Source of the DNA: Actinomycetota bacterium
Lineage (GTDB): Bacteria; Actinomycetota; UBA4738; HRBIN12
Reading direction: 5' to 3'
DNA: 64,000 nucleotides
Assembly: GCA_005884925.1 (NCBI GenBank)
Contig: VAYU01000001.1
Coordinates: forward strand, 20,237-84,236
Shown here piece after piece: positions 56,995-64,000 of the stretch (its first letter is position 1; each line of letters opens with the position of its first letter). Both the position numbers and the translations under genes were made by a program. The notes under the pieces are model-generated. The model was not told where the DNA came from. It saw nothing but the letters and a program-made list of their open reading frames with translations, and made no database searches.

Positions 56995-58479
56995 TCAGTC
57001 CGGCCCCTCGTCGTCTCCCCAGTCATCGGCCCCCGCACCGATGACGGCTGTCAGGTCCTCATGCTCGAAGTCCGGCGGTCCGAGACGCACGATCAGGAAC
57101 CGACCCGCGAGGATGAGGATCACCGTCAGCGGGACCGTTGCGAGCGCCCAATCCAGGGCCAGGGATCCCGGTACCACGATGGTCGGACTCCGCTCGTCGA
57201 TCAGGACGCCGTTCGGGTCCGCCGCGAGACCGACCAATCCCGCGGACGCTCCTGTCCTGGCGACCACGACGGCGCGGGGCGCGACGGCGATCGTGAGGAG
57301 CGGTCCGACACCCAAGCTCTGGCGCCAGATCCGGTCTCCGGTCCCGCGATCGAGCGCGCTCAACTCGCCCGACCCGCCAGCGATCAACACGGCGGAGCCG
57401 GTGATGACGGCGGGACCGTACACGGGGGTGTTCAGCGCGAAGTCCCAACGGCGTGCACCCGTGGCGGGATCGATCCGATAGACCTCGCCCCGCGTGTCCA
57501 CCACCACGACCGCATCATCGGATACGGCCGGTGCCCCACCGGCGGCGACGGTGTTGAGCCTCGAAGCCCACCGTTCGATGCCCGTGTCAGCCGCGACCGC
57601 GCGGACCGTTCCATCCGAGAGCGTCACGTACACCGTTCCGCTCAGCACGGTCGGAGCGCCGGCGACGAGCCCCGACGTGTTCGGCGTGTACCGCCACGCC
57701 TCGGCACCATCGGCCTCTCGGAGGGCGACGACCGATGGACGCTGCCTGCTGTTCGAATGCACGGAGGCGTAGACGACCTGGGCGTCGGCGGCGATCGGCG
57801 TGTCGACGACATCGCCGAGATCCCGATGCCACCTGATCTTCCCCGACGCCAGATCGAACGCCGTGACCGTGCCGTCATCGGTGCCGACCACCGCGAGACC
57901 GCCGTCGACGGTGGGTCCGGTCGTGCTCACGTCGGTCAGTTGCTGGCGCCAGAGCTGGTGCCGAGATGCCTCGTCGATCGCGACCAGGGTCGACCGGGCG
58001 ATGGCCGTCCCCGGCCTGGCGCTTCCTGACGGCGTGGGAGCCGGCGTCGGCGAGCCGCTCCCCGACGAGGAGCGGTCCCCGCCGCCTTCGGTGTACAGCA
58101 CCATGGTGCGGCCGCCGTCGCCAACGGCGACGGCGGCCGGAGCGCTCGGCCCGAGTTGGCGTGGCACCGTCCACGACGTGGTCCCGCTCACGATGTCGAT
58201 CGCGGTGACGTCCTGGCGGTCGACGATGATCGCATCGCCGTCCGCGATCACGGGCGCCGGAAGTCCGGAGATGTGGGTCTCGTCGCCGATCCCCGTCGCC
58301 GTCCGCCACTCGGGTCGCAACGGGGGAGCCGGCGAGACCGACACGGAGCCGCCGTGTTGAGGGCCGCCTTGGTACTGCGTCCACGCGCCCGCCTGTTGCG
58401 CAGATGCCCCTGCCGCGGAAGCGATCCCAGCCACCAGGATGGCGGCTGGGATCGACCGGATGATCGGACGAGGGCGCAA
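56995..58479 (-). CDS. PQQ-like beta-propeller repeat protein (BamB-like), secreted, with a C-terminal TM anchor
   Basis: Signal peptide MRPRPIIRSIPAAILVAGIASAAGASA. Repeated ...DG.VYA/.DG.L.A.D..TG..RW motifs, a C-terminal hydrophobic segment and an acidic tail. Confidence 0.6.
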   Translation of the reverse strand: MRPRPIIRSIPAAILVAGIASAAGASAQQAGAWTQYQGGPQHGGSVSVSPAPPLRPEWRTATGIGDETHISGLPAPVIADGDAIIVDRQDVTAIDIVSGTTSWTVPRQLGPSAPAAVAVGDGGRTMVLYTEGGGDRSSSGSGSPTPAPTPSGSARPGTAIARSTLVAIDEASRHQLWRQQLTDVSTTGPTVDGGLAVVGTDDGTVTAFDLASGKIRWHRDLGDVVDTPIAADAQVVYASVHSNSRQRPSVVALREADGAEAWRYTPNTSGLVAGAPTVLSGTVYVTLSDGTVRAVAADTGIERWASRLNTVAAGGAPAVSDDAVVVVDTRGEVYRIDPATGARRWDFALNTPVYGPAVITGSAVLIAGGSGELSALDRGTGDRIWRQSLGVGPLLTIAVAPRAVVVARTGASAGLVGLAADPNGVLIDERSPTIVVPGSLALDWALATVPLTVILILAGRFLIVRLGPPDFEHEDLTAVIGAGADDWGDDEGPD

Positions 58480-58536
58480 GGTCCGTCATCCTACCGGGGC
58501 CACCCCCTGCATCGGTTCCGGTGCAGACGCGGGAAC

Positions 58537-59055
58537 TCAGGGGAAGGGTGCGAGCCGGACGAACGACGCGAGCGAGATGGGACCGAGGTACGAGAGCGGA
58601 TCGACGTACGACCCATCGAGCTTCACTCCGAGATGCAGATGCGGGATGGGCGCGGCGGGGTGGCCCCATCCCGTCAGTCCGATCGGCTGGTCGCGCAGCA
58701 CATGGTCGCCCTTCCTGACGAGCTTCGCGGAGAGCCACGAGTACGTGGAAGAGAGACCTCCGCCGTGGTCGACGGTGATGAAGAGATACCCGCCGACGGG
58801 ACCGGCGAACGTGACGGTCCCGTCGGCGGGCGCCACGACGGTCGTCCCGAACGAGGCCGCGATGTCGATCCCTCGGTGCCCGCTTCCATAGGGGGTGTCC
58901 GGCGGATCGAACGCCTGGATGACCGGGCCGACGACCGGCCACGTCCAGCCTCCTGTCGTCGAGGCCGTCGCCGCCGTCGCGGTCGAGACACGCCCGACCG
59001 AGATCGCCGGTGCCAGGATGGCCAGAGCCACGATGATCCACGGACCGCGTCGCAT
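58537..59055 (-). CDS. M23 family metallopeptidase (peptidoglycan DD-endopeptidase-like), secreted
   Basis: Signal peptide, HxxxD (GSGHRGIDIAA) and HxH (HLHLGV) LytM motifs; 172 aa. Confidence 0.8.
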   Translation of the reverse strand: MRRGPWIIVALAILAPAISVGRVSTATAATASTTGGWTWPVVGPVIQAFDPPDTPYGSGHRGIDIAASFGTTVVAPADGTVTFAGPVGGYLFITVDHGGGLSSTYSWLSAKLVRKGDHVLRDQPIGLTGWGHPAAPIPHLHLGVKLDGSYVDPLSYLGPISLASFVRLAPFP

Positions 59056-59119
59056 CGAGGGAGCACGCTAGGCGCTGTGCCGGTCGTGCACCGTGATCGA
59101 CGTCACGGCTAGGGCTGGG

Positions 59120-60001
59120 TCAGTCCACTTCGGACAGCTGACCGCGAAGGACGCCCACGGCCTTGGTGTGGATCTGACACACACGCGACTCCGTGACGCC
59201 GAGGATCTCGCCGATCTCCGCGAGGGTGAGCCCCTCGAAGTAGTACAGGGTCACGACGATCTTCTCGCGTTCGGAGAGCGAGTTGATCGCCGCTGCGAGC
59301 AGCCCCCGGGTCTCCTGTGATTCCACGCCCGTGCTGGGATCGAACGCCTTGTCGGCGAGCGTGTCGATCAACGACACGCTTTCCCCACGGTCCTGACCGA
59401 CGTTGACGGTCTCATCGAGCGCGAGCACAGAGACGAACGAGATCTGCGTGACGACCTGATGGAGTTCGGTTCGCGAGATCCCCAGACGTCCGGCGAGCTC
59501 GCTCTCGGTGGGTTGCCGCTTGAGCATCGACTCGAGGTCCGCGAGCGCCTTCTCGATCTCGCGCTGCTTGAAGCGGACCGAACGCGGCACCCAATCCATC
59601 GCGCGGAGTTCATCGATGATGGCGCCCTTGATCCGTGGGATCGCGTACGTCTCGAACTTGTTCCCGCGCCCCGGTTCGAACTTCTCGAGCGCGTCGATCA
59701 GCCCGAACATCCCATAGGAGACCAGGTCGGCCTGTTCGACGCTTGCGGGAAGACCCGTCGCGACGCGGCTGGCCACGTACTTGACGAGCGGGGCGTAATG
59801 GAGGATCAGCTTCTCCCGGGCCGCGACCGCCGAGCTCCCCTTGAAGGCGTGCCAGACCTCCCCGAGCTCATCGTCCACGTGGGGAGGGATCGTGACCGGC
59901 GCCGGTTCGGCCTTCGTCCGGACCTTGGTCTTGGTCGCGGTCTTCGTCGCGAGCTTGGTCGCGACCTTCGCCGGCGCTTTCTTCGTCGTCGCCACGGTCA
60001 T
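59120..60001 (-). CDS. whiG: FliA/WhiG-family RNA polymerase sigma factor (sigma-28 type) with a Lys/Ala/Thr-rich N-terminal tail
   Basis: Regions 2, 3 and 4 are conserved (...LVKYVASRVATG...; ...TLAEIGEILGVTESRVCQIHTKAV). The N-terminal tail is TVATTKKAPAKVATKLATKTATKTKVRTKAEPAP. Confidence 0.8.
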   Translation of the reverse strand: MTVATTKKAPAKVATKLATKTATKTKVRTKAEPAPVTIPPHVDDELGEVWHAFKGSSAVAAREKLILHYAPLVKYVASRVATGLPASVEQADLVSYGMFGLIDALEKFEPGRGNKFETYAIPRIKGAIIDELRAMDWVPRSVRFKQREIEKALADLESMLKRQPTESELAGRLGISRTELHQVVTQISFVSVLALDETVNVGQDRGESVSLIDTLADKAFDPSTGVESQETRGLLAAAINSLSEREKIVVTLYYFEGLTLAEIGEILGVTESRVCQIHTKAVGVLRGQLSEVD

Positions 60002-60942
60002 GCCCTGGGGTGGGAGCGCTCGTAGGCCTCGAAGAGCCGCGTCCGCGATACGTGCGTGTAGCGCTGGGTGGTCGCAACGGTCGCGTGCCCCAGCAGCTCT
60101 TGCACGGCGCGGATGTCGGCTCCTCCTTCCAGCAGGTGCGTCGCGTACGAATGTCGCAACGTGTGCGGCGTGACCCGACGCCCCGGCAGTAGGCGTCCCG
60201 AATATCCTTCCACAAGCGCTCGGATATCACGTGGCCCGATCGGGCGGCCCTTCCGGTTGAAGAAGAGTGACGGCGGATCCGTCGCCAACCTGCCCCGTCC
60301 CTCCGACAACCACTGCCGTACGGCGTCGACCGCCGGGTCGGACATCGGAACCTCGCGTTCCTTCGAGCCCTTCCCCATCACGAGGACCCGTCCTCGCGCG
60401 AGATCGACGCTCTCGATGGTGAGTCCCGCGACCTCGCTCACGCGAAGGCCGGAGCCATACAGAAGCTCGAGCACGGCGCGGTCGCGGAGCGCGATCGCGC
60501 GGGAGGCCCCGCGCGCGTCATCCGACCCGCCGTCGGGCCCCTCGAGGGGAGGCGCTTCGACCAACGCCTGCGCTTCGCTCGGCCGCAGGACCGTCGGGAG
60601 CCGGTTGACGACCTTCGGTCTCCCCAACGAAGCAGAGGGATCGCCTGGAAGCCGGCCGTCGGCCACCGCCCACCGGTAGAAGGTGTGGATCGCCCCGACC
60701 CGCCGTGCGATCGATGCTCGCGCGTAGCCGAGCGTGTGTTGCTGGGCGAGGAACCGGCGGAGCGTGGCGCGATCTGCGTCCTCGAGCGACGACCCGCTCC
60801 GGCGCAGGAAGCCCGCGAGGTGGACCAGATCCCGCTGATACGCCGCCACGGTATGCGTCGAGAGGTGGCGTTCCAACCGAAGGTGATCGGCGAACGCGCG
60901 CACGAGGTGGAGCTGCGACGGGGGAAGGGCGTCTTGTTCCAC
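59998..60942 (-). CDS. xerC: Tyrosine recombinase XerC
   Basis: Catalytic R...HxxR...Y (TPHTLRHSYATHLLEGGADIRAVQELLGHATVATTQRYTHV); 314 aa. The stop overlaps the whiG start. Confidence 0.9.
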   Translation of the reverse strand: MEQDALPPSQLHLVRAFADHLRLERHLSTHTVAAYQRDLVHLAGFLRRSGSSLEDADRATLRRFLAQQHTLGYARASIARRVGAIHTFYRWAVADGRLPGDPSASLGRPKVVNRLPTVLRPSEAQALVEAPPLEGPDGGSDDARGASRAIALRDRAVLELLYGSGLRVSEVAGLTIESVDLARGRVLVMGKGSKEREVPMSDPAVDAVRQWLSEGRGRLATDPPSLFFNRKGRPIGPRDIRALVEGYSGRLLPGRRVTPHTLRHSYATHLLEGGADIRAVQELLGHATVATTQRYTHVSRTRLFEAYERSHPRA

Positions 60943-61062
60943 GAGGTCTCTCTCCGGGCCCGCCGGGGGATAGCCGGCGCAGGTACCTCATATCGTCCCA
61001 GCGCCCCGGACCACGCGCAATCACCCAGACGGGGGTCCGCCGCCGTCCGATTCCGGTGTGGT

Positions 61063-62196
61063 TCAGCCCACCGGCTGAGAGGCGGCTGCCTTGAACGTCC
61101 GCTCGAACCGGCCGCCGATACCGCGTACGAGCCCACGGATCTCGAGGGCGATCAAGACCGTCAACGTGTCCGCGACCGGCATCCCGGCGGCTCTGGCGAC
61201 GGCGCTCGGGAGCATCGACGTGACCAGCGACGCGAGGACCCTGCGCTCGTCGTCGGACAATCCCCGTGGCACGCCCCGCTCTCCGGATCTCCCTCCGGCG
61301 AATCCGAGGTCCTCCAGGAGATCGGCCGTCCCACGGATCATGGTGGCACCGTCGCGGATCAGCCCGAGCGGCGTCTCGGCGAGTGGGCTCGTCACCGGCC
61401 CCGGAACGGCGAAGACATCGAGGCCCAGGTCGACGGCATGTTCGGCGGTGATCCGCGTACCGCTCTTCGCCGCACCCTCGACCACGACGACCCCTCGGCT
61501 GAGCGCCGCGATCAAACGGTTCCGGGCCGGGAAGCGGAACGGCTCGGCCGAGATCCCGGGCGGGTACTCGCTCATCAGCGTTCCCGACGCTTCGATCTGC
61601 TCGAACAGCGCTCGGTTGCTGGCAGGGTGCGAAACGTCGATCCCGCATCCCAGGACGGCGACCGTGACACCGCCAGCGTCGAGCGCCCCTCGATGTGCGG
61701 CGGCATCGATCCCGACCGCACCGCCGCTCACCGTGACGACACCGGCCACGGCCAATCCCCGGCCGAGGTCCGCCGCGACCTCCATCCCCGTGCTCGTCGG
61801 GCGTCGTGACCCGACGACCGCGACGCGGTCATCCCCGTGGTCGAGCACTCGCCCCCGCGCGAAGACGGCGACCGGCGGATCTGCGAGACGCAGGAAGGCC
61901 GGGGCATAATCGGGATCTCCGGGCGCCGCGAACCTGGCGCCCGCGCGATCGAGGCCGCGGCGGATCGCGCCGACATCCGCGTCCTGAAGGAACGCCCGGT
62001 CGTTGTCCGACCCGGCGCCGCCGGTCCGGATGCGGGCCAGAGCACGGGAGGCGCTTCCGGTTGTCCAGATGAGCGCATGCAGGGAACGCGGTGTCGGTCC
62101 GAGCAAGCAGCGGAGGAGCAGGAGTGCATCGGTCTCCCCCGGGCCGCGGCCGAATCCGTCGGGGAACCCGGCGGGCACCGGCGTCTCAGCCGGCAC
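61063..62196 (-). CDS. dprA: DNA-processing protein DprA
   Basis: Rossmann-fold DprA core (VAVVGSRRPTSTGMEVAADLGRGLA...VSGGAVGIDAAAHRGAL) and a C-terminal wHTH. The start is uncertain: GTG about 62196, or the ATG at 62277 which would overlap comM by 92 nt. Confidence 0.75.
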   Translation of the reverse strand: MPAETPVPAGFPDGFGRGPGETDALLLLRCLLGPTPRSLHALIWTTGSASRALARIRTGGAGSDNDRAFLQDADVGAIRRGLDRAGARFAAPGDPDYAPAFLRLADPPVAVFARGRVLDHGDDRVAVVGSRRPTSTGMEVAADLGRGLAVAGVVTVSGGAVGIDAAAHRGALDAGGVTVAVLGCGIDVSHPASNRALFEQIEASGTLMSEYPPGISAEPFRFPARNRLIAALSRGVVVVEGAAKSGTRITAEHAVDLGLDVFAVPGPVTSPLAETPLGLIRDGATMIRGTADLLEDLGFAGGRSGERGVPRGLSDDERRVLASLVTSMLPSAVARAAGMPVADTLTVLIALEIRGLVRGIGGRFERTFKAAASQPVG

Positions 62197-63724
62197 GCGC
62201 CAGCCCCGCGTCCTGCTCGAACGCGGTCCGATAGGACAGTGCCTCTGCCACGTGGCGTTCGGAGACCCGATCGGCACCCGCCAGATCGGCGACCGTCCGC
62301 GCGACCTTGATCACCCGATCGAAACCACGCCCGGTGAGCGCCATGTGGTCGACCGCTCTACCGAGCAATCGTTCGGCATCCGTGCACAGCTGGGCCTCGC
62401 GGCGCGCGATCGGCCCGGGGAGGTGGGCGTTGCAGGTGATCCCGAGGGCCGCGTAGCGCCGCTGCTGCCGATCGCGCGCCGCGATCACCCGATCGCGGAC
62501 GATCGCCGAGGGCTCGCCGGCGGATGCGCCGAGCAACTCGTCCTTGGTGAGACGCGGGATCGTCAGCCGAAGGTCTATCCGGTCGAGCAACGGTCCGGAG
62601 AGTTTCTGTCGGTACCGGTCCACTTGATCGGGGCGACAGCGACACGACCGTTGTGGGTCAGCCCAGAACCCGCACGGACACGGGTTGGCCGCGGCCACGA
62701 GGGTGAATCGAGCTGGGAACGAGACCGATCCGCCGGCGCGCGTGACGACGATCCGTCCATCCTCGAGGGGTTGGCGGAGCGCCTCGATGGCGTCGCGTCG
62801 GAACTCGGTCAGCTCATCCAGGAACAGCACTCCCCGGTGCGCCAGGCTGGCTTCCCCCGGCCGAAGCACCGTGGAACCACCGCCGAGGAGACCCGCGGTG
62901 GACACCGAGTGGTGTGGCGCGCGGAACGGCCGCTCGCGGAGGAGTCCACGCCCGGCGAGCAGCCCCGCCACCGAGTGCAACTGGGTGGCCTCGAGCGCCT
63001 CCTCTCGGGTGAGATCCGGGAGGATCGTCGGGAGGCGCCGGGCGAGCATGGTCTTGCCGGCTCCGGGTGAGCCGACCATCAGGAGGTTGTGGCCGCCGGC
63101 CGCCGCGACCTCTAGCGCCCGTCGCGCCTCGTCCTGACCGCGCACCTCCGACAGATCCGCAGAGCCCGACGGCACCGGATCGGTGGTCAACGTTCCGATC
63201 TCCGGCGGACGCCAGGTACCGCGCAGGAACCCCACGACCTCGTGGATGGTTGCAACCCCCGTCACGGCGAGGCTGTCCACCTGCGCGGCCTCGACGGCGT
63301 TCGCCGCAGGGACGATGACGCCGCGGAGCCCGCGGCGCGCGGCCGCGATCGCCACCGAGATCACGCCCGGGGTCGGAAGGACCTCCCCCCTGAGCGAGAC
63401 CTCGCCGAAGAAGACATGTCCGGCGGCGGCCTTCGCCGGTACCTGTCGGGTCGCCACCAAGACGCTCACGGCGATGGGGAGGTCGAGACCCGCGCCTTCC
63501 TTCCGAAGGTTGCCGGGGGCGAGGTTGACGACCACCCGGCGGAGCGGCCACTCGAGCTCTGCGTGTTCGACCGCCGGTCTGATCCGATCGCGAGCGTCCT
63601 GGACCGCGGCGCCGGGAAGGCCTGTCACCGTCAACGACGGGAGGCCCCGACCGACGAACGCCTCGACCGTGACCGGGTGACCGCCGACCCCGAGCACGGT
63701 CACACCGATGACCCGTCCGTACAT
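62186..63724 (-). CDS. YifB/ComM-family Mg-chelatase-like AAA+ ATPase
   Basis: Lon-like N-terminal domain, Walker A (GSPGAGKTMLARR), Walker B/sensor regions and a C-terminal domain; 512 aa. Confidence 0.9.
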   Translation of the reverse strand: MYGRVIGVTVLGVGGHPVTVEAFVGRGLPSLTVTGLPGAAVQDARDRIRPAVEHAELEWPLRRVVVNLAPGNLRKEGAGLDLPIAVSVLVATRQVPAKAAAGHVFFGEVSLRGEVLPTPGVISVAIAAARRGLRGVIVPAANAVEAAQVDSLAVTGVATIHEVVGFLRGTWRPPEIGTLTTDPVPSGSADLSEVRGQDEARRALEVAAAGGHNLLMVGSPGAGKTMLARRLPTILPDLTREEALEATQLHSVAGLLAGRGLLRERPFRAPHHSVSTAGLLGGGSTVLRPGEASLAHRGVLFLDELTEFRRDAIEALRQPLEDGRIVVTRAGGSVSFPARFTLVAAANPCPCGFWADPQRSCRCRPDQVDRYRQKLSGPLLDRIDLRLTIPRLTKDELLGASAGEPSAIVRDRVIAARDRQQRRYAALGITCNAHLPGPIARREAQLCTDAERLLGRAVDHMALTGRGFDRVIKVARTVADLAGADRVSERHVAEALSYRTAFEQDAGLARAG

Positions 63725-63790
63725 GCGGCGACGCTACGGCCGAGCGCCGACGCGAACCGTGACGACGATCACACGCCGGTAGCATCGCAG

Positions 63791-64000
63791 CGTGACACCA
63801 GACGGCTTCCCGGTCCCCGACCCCGAACTCCTGGACATCCGTGACGCCGACCGTTCCCGAGCGAGCCTCGAGCGGTTCGGGGCTGCGATCTGGACCGAAG
63901 CCCTCGACTGGCTCTACCACGAGGCGATGGTTCGCCCGATCCAGCGCGAGAGCTATCCGGATTCCCGGGGGCGCTTCTTCGGTCCCTCGAACGAACCCGC
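63791..64000 (+). CDS. Hypothetical protein. Partial: it runs off the window end
   Basis: My own translation from the GTG at about 63791 gives VTPDGFPVPDPELLDIRDADRSRASLERFGAAIWTEALDWLYHEAMVRPIQRESYPDSRGRFFGPSNEP. Composition is non-GC-biased (W, Y, F, I). It is not in the ORF table, which omits edge-truncated ORFs. Confidence 0.3.

Noticed and set aside
59998-60942. Tyrosine recombinase as evidence of an integrated mobile element or prophage
   Set aside because: It is XerC in its conserved chromosomal context (whiG-xerC ... dprA-comM, as in Rv2894c-Rv2897c). There are no flanking phage genes, tRNA or direct repeats.
1-64000. tRNA, rRNA, riboswitch (FMN upstream of ribF, B12 upstream of nrdJ) and T-box searches
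   Set aside because: I found no T-loop GTTCGAATC-type motifs and no cloverleaf-sized spacers. Spacers upstream of ribF and nrdJ are too short or lack the conserved riboswitch cores. This was judged by eye only, so an Infernal scan would be definitive.

Overview
High-GC (about 68-70%) actinobacterial core-chromosome segment. It is very gene-dense (about 60 genes in 64 kb), mostly on the minus strand, with many 1-4 nt start/stop overlaps. Gene order closely follows the Mycobacterium Rv2718c-Rv2737c and Rv2838c-Rv2898c neighbourhoods: partial nrdJ, nrdR, a ChiZ-like LysM gene divergent from lexA, hflX, dapF, miaA, miaB, rny, recX, recA, cinA, ftsK, RNase J, dapA, dapB, a PepR-like M16 peptidase, pnp, rpsO, ribF, truB, nrnA, rbfA, infB, ylxR, nusA, rimP, ispG, rip, dxr, cdsA, frr, pyrH, tsf, rpsB, a WhiG-like sigma factor, xerC, dprA and comM. 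There are no tRNA or rRNA genes, CRISPR arrays, transposases or phage integrases, and I see no clear defense island. The most unusual observations: (1) four apparent single-nucleotide frameshifts, in lexA, recA, a LysE-family exporter and a secreted hypothetical protein; (2) perfect mycobacterial-type SOS boxes at the lexA/chiZ-like divergent promoter and upstream of recA; (3) a conserved ~27-nt motif upstream of both nrdJ and recA; (4) putative NrdR boxes; (5) an 18-bp perfect palindrome and a strong hairpin in the trpE leader; (6) a small envelope-related cluster with a GT2-methyltransferase fusion, trpG, a secreted protein and a DUF2029 membrane protein; (7) cdsA with a 230-aa acidic N-terminal extension.
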